Below are positions 52,562 to 61,155 of a stretch of DNA of 61,155 nt, piece after piece; the first letter of the stretch is position 1, and every line of letters starts with the position of its first letter. The stretch covers positions 1 to 61,155 of the forward strand of contig NIVC01002160.1 in the NCBI GenBank assembly GCA_002269645.1, in the 5' to 3' direction. The position numbers and the translations under genes were made by a program. This DNA is from Macrostomum lignano. Taxonomy: Eukaryota. The notes below the pieces were generated by a model. That model saw only the letters and a program-made list of their open reading frames with translations. It was not told the DNA's origin and ran no database searches.

Positions 52562-52790
52562 CTAGTCAGTCAGTTAGTCAGCAGGGAGGCTTTTGAGATA
52601 GTCGAACCGCAACCAGCGACGCATTGTTAAGGCATGTACTCACCCTGTGCCATGGGGGTAGTCCTTCATGGGTGTCAATCACACGACAAGCCCCATGACC
52701 CGTTCTCGTTCACGAGCCCCAAATTAACGGAATCGAACCCATTTACTTCGGCGAGAAAGTGGGACGCGCTACCACTGAGCTGCTCTGCTC
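52562..52790 (-). mobile_element. tRNA-derived SINE (copy 2), antisense in the protocadherin 3' region
   Basis: Minus-strand A box CAGCTCAGTGG (52782-52772) and exact B box GGTTCGATTCC (52739-52729), 32 nt apart. The body is homologous to the SINE at 60495-60861. The 3' end (ACTG-like repeats) is uncertain. Confidence 0.7.
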
Positions 52791-53424
52791 TGCTTCGTCA
52801 CAAAAATCCCATCGACTTGCCTTTTGATTACACAACGAAGTTAGTATTGAGAGATGAAGTGCTTCTAGCTCTAGCATTGCGATCGAACTGTGTTGCTAAT
52901 ACAGCGTTGCGTCCTATTAGAGCAGTCCTCCATCATCTCCACTGTACCTCGGCCAATATTTTCAGTTTCGCACAGATTTTTTGACTTACAGCTGATAAAG
53001 TACACTTAGTGTACTGTATTGTACGGTAAAATGCGAGTTCAAAGAAGTACGAATTATAGAGTCCCGACCGTTGTCCACTGCAGAGACTAGTGGCTATTCC
53101 AACCCACCGAACTGTACACACTGCACAGAATTATCCCCAGCCTGCGTTTCCACCGTTCTTCAATCAAACGCCTGTTCTGCTTTGCTTATTTCATTTGTTG
53201 CTGTTTTTCGTTAACTGATCTATTCTCCATTATCGATCGATCTATCCATGTTTTTATTTGAACTGTCAGTCTATTTTTCACAGCTTTCTGTTTCCATCAT
53301 AACTGAGCTGTTGCATAATAACCATGCTGATGAGTTGGACTGCAGACCTGTACATGTATAGCAAAGTTAAATAGAGGTACCTCAACAAAAAGTTCTGTAA
53401 CTGAAATCAGCTGTCTGCGCTGTC

Positions 53425-53454
53425 AATAAAATTATAGTTCGATTTATAAATAAA
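53425..53454 (+). terminator. Candidate polyadenylation signals for the protocadherin
   Basis: AATAAA at 53425-53430 and 53449-53454, followed by a T-rich stretch (~53497-53517). A third AATAAA lies at 53593. Confidence 0.35.
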
Positions 53455-55717
53455 CATTTGTAGAAGTATGTGAATAATGAGTTTGAATTGACCGATTCTT
53501 ATTTTTGTTTTTTTGGTACCAAAAGACGAATGTTGAAGCCTAAGGCGAATCGCACGGCGGAACTCAATGGTGAATGCAATGGCTAGTCCCAGAATAAAGC
53601 TCAATTCCTGGATGAACAATGTGCCCATAAGAGCTGAAGAATTATCAAATTCTGTAAACCGATAAAAATTACAGATCTCGGCTTTCTGTTACTTCCTATT
53701 ACGTCATTGCTTTGTCTCTTTCTCCTAGTTGTCTCTCAGTGTAACTCTACACAGCTCGAAAAGACTGTTGATTTAGTCACCAAGCAAAGCTCCCATTCAA
53801 GACTCGGTCTCTTTTTTGCTTAGTAAACACGGCTTCAAATTCAATTGTCGTTTGTTCGAGTCGATGTCGCCAGCGAGCGAGCACGCCTCTCTTGCTTGAC
53901 GCTGAGTTGAAGTGTGTGCACCGCAGCTTGAACTCTGTCGCATGCAGCTTTCGCTTTCATGTCGTATATTTGGCGTTCAGTCAGACAAAAGATAATATAT
54001 ATAAATACAGTCAATCAAGCTTTGTCTCAATGCTGAGAGGTTGAAGAGTTGCACAACTTGCAGGTCGCAGCCACTATTTGCCCGCCCGTGCTCTGCCAAA
54101 TGCTCAACTTTCGAGACAACACAATACAAGCTGCAGCTGATGTGGCTTGGGCAAAACACAGCTGTTTTGGCTAACACGCCAATACGGGGTCGTTTCACAA
54201 CATCGAGATATTACGACGTCGAAAGTTGTGAGTAAAAGAAAGTTTCGATGCTTTGTTGTGTCAGCCTAAATTTGTTTAAGAAACACGTGTTTGCTAATTT
54301 ATTCGAAATTCAGAAGTCCAGAAAGCGAGATAATGGGAATTTAGTTCTACAAAACTAAAATTTCTTCTCTGCAGTCTGCAGTGAAAGGCGGCCTGCAGAG
54401 AAATTTGCACGATTAGCGAGTGTAGCGCTCTTTTATTGCCTTCTTGACATTTCAAGGTCGTCTGAGTGGCCTTGAAGGCAAGGGCGCGGCGGGGTGCCGG
54501 AGGCGTGTGCAACGTCTCACTCCAACCCCTAGGCTTCCCTTCGCGCGCTGATTGGTTGGTTCAAGGTCGTTTGTCTTTGTAATTTTAACGTTCCCCTTAT
54601 CTATCACGCGACTCGTTTATGCCACTTGACTTTGAGAAAAAGCCTTTGTTATGCTTTAGTTTAGTAGGCTGATAGATAGCGGACAAGACAGTCAGAAGAC
54701 CAACAATAGCTATTGGCATTGGCGTGTACTTTAAAAGTAACACGACTTTGACTGACTTGCGCTTCGGGTTTGAAATGGGCGAGAGTAAAAAAGCGAGGAG
54801 ACTATAGGTGATTGGCACTACTAAACAAACCAGCTAGCATGCGAATAGAACATTACAATTTACCACCACATCAGATGACAGCTTGCCTGTTAAGGCAATT
54901 AATGCTTGTTTCCGTTGTTTCCGTTTTTCGCACAAACTTTAAAAGTAAACTGAAATACAGACTGTTTGCATGCAACATGGTACAGTTATTAAGATGAATG
55001 AAATAAAAAGACAAACCGGCGAGAAAACAATCAAGTGATTGGCAGGTCAACTTATTAACAGCTTGCTTAAAGCTGGAGATTATCTGCAAGTCTCGCATTA
55101 GCTGGAAATGTTATCCGATGTCGTATAGTATTTATATTTAACGCGATGATTAAAATATTTCAATGCCGTTCTAAAGGAAAAAGAATAAAACAGAAGTGGC
55201 CTTGCATGCGCAGTTGCTGCTTATTGCAAATATTGGTACTGTAAATAATGAGCAATGTCTAAGCATTTGCCTAACAATGGTTGTTCCGCTGCCTAAAGTA
55301 TATATAGACCCTGAAGCTACAAGATTTCAAGTAAAATGGAGAAATTATCGGATTAGCAGACAGAGTTGAGCAGGTAAAAATAGCAGAAACTCAGCGAGGC
55401 CTGGCTGAAAGGAAGATAGAGAACAGAGATATTGATAACCGAAGGCTCTATACGCACTGGATGTATGAATACGGCAACAGAAGCGCGTCTAAGACACTGA
55501 GAGGCTGCTGACACAGAAAACCCCATCGATAAAGTGTCAATAATTACAGTATTTCAAGTTACCTCCAAGCAAGATTTGCTGCCTGTTTGACAAATTAAAA
55601 TGATATTAAAAATGAAAGGTGCAGATGCTCTGCAAGCCGCACTGCTGGATGCCAACATGCCACCATGTCACCTGCTCCAGTTCTTGTCCGAAGGCCTAAT
55701 TTTTCGTCTGTCAATCA

Positions 55718-56300
55718 TCAGGGCTGCCTCTGTTGAAGCACGTGACAGACGGCCGCCATGCCGGGGAACTCGGCGCACAACTGCTGCAGATGGTCTCCGG
55801 CCGCCTGCTCCGGCATGTCTTCAGGGTTGGAGCCCGGACCTCCGGCTTGGTACACAGCTTCGACGTCCGAGTTGCCAGCATGGAGAGGCTGAGGTTGCTG
55901 CGGAGGTTGCTGCTGCTGTTGCTGCTGCTGAGGCGGGGCCTGTGCAACCTGGCCAGACGAGGATCCAGATGCAGCAGACGTTGACGAGGCTGCAGACGAT
56001 GCCGACGCTGAGCAGGATGTCGCGACTGTCGGGGGCATCGGCGGCGGCATCTGCTGCTGCGCCGGACCACCCATGTAGCCGTGATGGTGCTGCATTGGCG
56101 GCGGCGGTGGCGGTGGCGGCGGCGGCTGCATCATCGGCTGCTGCAGCGGCGGGGCGTAGCAGAAGGCGGCTGCTGGCTGGTAGGGCTGGTAGCCGGTGTA
56201 CATGTACATGGGGTAGCCCAGGTGGCTGCAGTCGGGCGACTCCAACATCGGCTGCTGCGGTTGCATCGATAGAGCCTGTTGTTGTTGTTGTTGTTGTTGC

Positions 56301-56338
<38 letters not shown>

Positions 56339-56481
56339 TGGCTGTCCCATGACAGTTGCTGTAGCTGTGGAATGATGAATCAGAGTCTGACTGACCGCAG
56401 CGAAGGGGCCACCTTCTCTGACGCAGTCGAACTCCGACTGAGACTGGGGCAGGAACAGCGGCGACTGCTGCTGGTGACCAG

Positions 56482-56512
<31 letters not shown>

Positions 56513-56881
56513 AAGCTGAAGCGTAGTTTGTTGCTGCTGTTGAAACTGGCGCTGCTTGCCTGCGGCGGCGGCAGCTGCTGCGGCGGCCACGGCGGCCATC
56601 GGGCTCTGTGCACCAGCTGACTGCGCGGCCCGGAGCACCGCCGTGGCTGTCGGGTAGCTCTGCAGGGTAGCGGGCTTCACCAAGCCGCTGTCGCACTTCT
56701 CCATCCAGCGAGCGAACGCGGCCCGGTTGTTCTCCTCGCGCTGGCGTTCCGTCTCCTTCAGCCACTGCTGCAGTCGGTGGGCCGGCGCCGCTGCTCCCCT
56801 CTTGCCGTGCGACATATCAGCGCCGCCAAAGCCGACCAGATGGTCATCGTGAAAAGTTGCTGTGGCGGCGTTATTGTTCAT
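55718..56881 (-). CDS. Uncharacterised Gln/Pro/Ala-rich protein, 387 aa, apparently single coding exon
   Basis: First ATG (56881) is in a gccgaccATG context. The frame is long and GC-rich, with mixed CAA/CAG poly-Q (~20 Q at 56276-56338), poly-P and poly-A. Non-repetitive segments include HRLQQWLKETERQREENNRAAFARWMEKC. It ends TGA TGA. No domain recognised; an upstream exon cannot be excluded. Confidence 0.75.
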
Positions 56882-57816
56882 GGTCGGCTTTACGATCCGA
56901 ATGTCTGCCCGGCTTGGCTGCGTCAGCTCGTGTCGATGCAGTTTGCGAGACTGAATTTCCGATTGTAGCCTTTGACTATTAAGTGCGAACGAAGTTTCCT
57001 TTTTCAAGTCTAGAGCCTTCGCTGAGGGCCTGTACTTCGTGCCATAGACTAAACCGAGTCGACTTTAGCCGAGACTAATTCAGCTGCTTAATCAACAGAG
57101 ACTAAATGCTACTGGTGTTGCTTCCCATAAGAAAAGTGCTGTGTGTACTTTTAGTTTCTGAGTCACGCAACAAATGCATATACGAGTATCCCTCTGGTAG
57201 AGAGAACGGCATGCATTGCAGCAATAAAACGTAATTTAAGCAAACAGAGCTTTATATTTGCGGTTGTTTGTTTCCGATCCCAATAATACCTGCCTAATGC
57301 TTCGACTCCAGCAAATTCAGGCGTATTTCGTCTCTCCTAGAAGCAGAAATTGCAGAGTGCGGCAGCGCTTAAACACTTTCAACAGACTCAAAGATATGTC
57401 ACTCCGAGCTATCGGAATTGCCAGAGTCCGGGAATGCTTTTGATGCTGGATGCAATTGGGCCCACCGTGTAGAAGGCAAACATGACTATACCTGGCAGGT
57501 GTGTAGGGCTCTTAGCAGCAACTCACTAGCTCCAGATAGATCTGTCTCTTTAGTTTCATTGCGAGGACTCTACTGCGGGTACCCAGGAATGCTTTCCATG
57601 AGAAATTGCTTGCTAAGTAAATTATATCGAATGAGTTGCTTCAAAATTTGTCCCTAAACACGAAATGACTGGGGCTTAAGCTTCTCTGACTAATTTCTTC
57701 TTCTCAGCAATTACGGGTTGGCATGTGTTGCTAGGGTGGAAAGATACTTGCAGTGAAAATTAATTAAGACCGCTAGGATTATTGGTTGAGCCTTGCCTAC
57801 ATGTCAGTATTTAAAA

Positions 57817-58880
<1,064 letters not shown>

Positions 58881-59813
58881 TCGCTCCTCTTTCGTGCTGC
58901 AGTCCTCGTGAGCATCAGTTTGAATTCCCGTAGAGGCGCATATTGCTAATAGCGATGTGGCAGAGCTGTGAAAATGATTACGCAACCAAAGCAGCTCCCC
59001 AAGCAGGTTGCGACTGCTTCCTCCCGGCTTTCTTCCCCATTCCATCTCCCCTCTATCTTGATTTCATATTCCATTTTGCATATATGCATATTTCATGCGG
59101 CCATGGATACTACTTGACTAGCGGGCCAAGTGATAAGTGGGAGGCTGGGGAGCCGCATCATCGCTCCGCACGCACGCATTCGCACCGGGACTCGTCGGGA
59201 TTTGTTAATTTCATCCCAATTAGCGAGCAGGTGGTCGCGTTTCTCTCGAGGTTCAGGGAGTCGGGGGGGGGTCGCCCATTCCAGCGATTGGAACTTTGTG
59301 CCAACAACTCCATTACGGATGCCAGCATCCTTGCGCTTCATCGGCGATGGAAGTTTTCTATTCCTATAGTCTCCTTCTCCTCCCAGTCCCATCATTTATT
59401 GTATCTGCCTCTCTGTAAAACATTTACGCGCCAATGGACGCTGGGGATTCTCCGTGCCAGAAAAGAAAATTGGGGAAATTTATTGCAACCTACCTGGCTT
59501 CATCATTCATTTCTCTATCATTCGACTCTTCCACTTAGGCCGGCTGGCGAGCCATCACTCAAGGAATCTTGCCGATGCGTGGGGGAGTGGAAAGTGAAGG
59601 GACAAAAATTAATACTTGAAATTATCACACCTTGGGCAAATGTAGTTCTCTACTTGGCCAGCAAAATTTGCTGCTTCCTTGCCACCGGCTGGAGATTATG
59701 AGCTGCAGCGCATTTGAGACGCCTTGAAGCCACTCATCGGATTGCGATTTTTCATCGGCCAACACAGGGTAATACTGTAGCTGGCCTTCTCTTCTTATTT
59801 CTCTGTGTTTGGT

Positions 59814-60494
59814 CCTCTCCTCTCCTCTCCTCTCCTCTCCTCTCCTCTCCTCTCCTCTCCTCTCCTCTCCTCTCCTCTCCTCTCCTCTCCTCTCCTCTCC
59901 TCTCCTCTCCTCTCCTCTCCTCTCTCTCTCCTCTCCTCTCCTCTCCTCTCCTCTCCTCTCCTCTCCTCTCCTCTCCTCTCCTCTCCTCTCCTCTCCTCTC
60001 CTCTCCTCTCTCTCCTCTCCTCTCTCTCCTCTCCTCTCCTCTCCTCTCCTCTCCTCTCCTCTCCTCTCCTCTCCTCTCCTCTCTCTCCTCTCCTCTCCTC
60101 TCCTCTCCTCTCCTCTCCTCTCCTCTCTTCCTCTCCTCTCCTCTCCTCTCCTCTCCTCTCTCTCCTCTCCTCTCCTCTCCTCTCCTCTCCTCTCTCTCCT
60201 CTCCTCTCCTCTCCTCTCCTCTCCTCTCCTCCTCTCCTCTCCTCTCCTCTCCTCTCCTCTCCTCTCCTCTCCTCTCCTCTCCTCTCCTCTCCTCTCCTCT
60301 CCTCTCCTCTCCTCTCTCTCCTCTCCTCTCCTCTCCTCTCCTCTCCTCTCCTCTCCTCTCCTCTCTCCTCCTCTCCTCCTCCCTCTCCTCTCCTCTCCTC
60401 TCCTCTCCTCTCCTCTCCTCTCCTCTCTTCTCTTCTCCTCTCTCTCCTCTCCTCTCCTCTACTCTCCTCTCCTCTCCTCTCCTCTCCTCTCCTC
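59814..60494. repeat. (CTCCT)n pentamer array, left part
   Basis: ctcct run with ct insertions. Confidence 0.97.
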
Positions 60495-60861
60495 TTTTTT
60501 TTATTTTTTTATTAGAGGCAGGGGGGTTGTGTGCACCCTGGCGCACTTTAAGCGACATAGGCACACAACCGGCGAGAGGCATTACTGCCCATTCCGCGAC
60601 TCCCCTGAGCAGGCATACAAGCGCGCGATACGTACGCAGGCACACACTCACAGGAGTGTACAACGGCCCTAACTTTATATTATCGTTAGGCATGTACACT
60701 TCACTGCGCCTTGGGGGGTTGGCTCTCAAGGCCGTTAATTGCACGAGCAGAGCCAAGCTGAGATTCCAATTCAGCCCCCAAATTAATGTGACTGCACTTG
60801 GAATCGAGCCTGGGTCGCTGGCACACCAGAGCAGCTGCGCTAACCGCTGGGCTACGGCCCC
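60495..60861 (-). mobile_element. Full-length tRNA-derived SINE (~367 bp) inside the (CTCCT)n array
   Basis: Minus strand: GGGGCCG start, A box TAGCCCAGCGG (60854-60844), B box GGCTCGATTCC (60810-60800), ~290-nt body, A-rich tail taataaaaaaataaaaaaaa (60513-60495). CTCCT repeats lie on both sides. Confidence 0.85.
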
Positions 60862-61155
60862 CCTCTCCTCTCCTCTCTCTCTCCTCTCCTCTCCTCTCCT
60901 CTCCTCTCCTCTCCTCTCCTCTCCTCTCTCTCCTCTCCTCTCTCTCCTCTCTCCTCTCCTCTCCTCTCCTCTCTCTCCTCTCCTTTCCTCTCCTCTCTCT
61001 CCTCTCCTCTCTCTCCTCCTCCTTTCCTCCTCCCTCTCCTCTCCTCTCCTCTCCTCCTCTCCTCTCTCCTCTCTCTCCTCTCCTCTCCTCTCCTCTCCTC
61101 TCCTCTCCTCTCCTCTCCTCTCCTCTCCTCTCCTCTCCTCTCCTCTCCTCTCCTC
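60862..61155. repeat. (CTCCT)n pentamer array, right part (runs off the window)
   Basis: Same unit as 59814-60494. Confidence 0.97.

Noticed and set aside
55600-56765. Overlapping ORFs 55600-56352(+) and 55821-56765(-)
   Set aside because: Shadow frames of the GC-rich triplet-repeat Q-rich gene.
56882-57007. TTG start extending the Q-rich protein to 429 aa
   Set aside because: Non-ATG start, while the first ATG at 56881 has a strong context. The extension is kept only as a possible splice-in region.
60788-60861. Functional tRNA gene (also 52720-52789)
   Set aside because: Acceptor, anticodon and T stems do not pair, and both continue into a shared SINE body.

Overview
Eukaryotic (animal) genomic DNA, not prokaryotic: there are no rRNA, intact tRNA or CRISPR features. 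GC-rich codons, poly-Q/A/G runs and a different minisatellite every 1-2 kb resemble a Macrostomum-type flatworm, which is an inference. There are two protein-coding genes, arranged convergently. (1) A three-exon protocadherin on + (34895-37424, 44716-44954, 52008-52445; phases match; 1068 aa; signal peptide, 7 cadherin repeats, TM helix, low-complexity tail with a DSGKG motif). (2) An apparently intronless 387-aa Q/P/A-rich orphan gene on - (56881-55718). The AT-rich first ~4.6 kb holds DNA-transposon relics: a foldback-like palindrome, a hAT-like element with TIRs and a near-perfect 8-bp TSD, and a mariner fragment. A 123-bp hAT-type MITE with an exact 8-bp TSD sits at 20.0 kb. Two tRNA-derived SINEs (52.6 kb and 60.5-60.9 kb) have different heads and tails but share a ~97-bp central domain. 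About 30 tandem arrays fill the rest, and most long ORFs in the track are artefacts of them. The most notable observations are the shared-core SINE pair, an inverted pair of 42-bp arrays with higher-order structure, a mirrored repeat layout around the protocadherin introns (G-run arrays after both donors, related (TCTG)n before both acceptors), and a decayed array that preserves an AGGTCA-GT-TGACC core.
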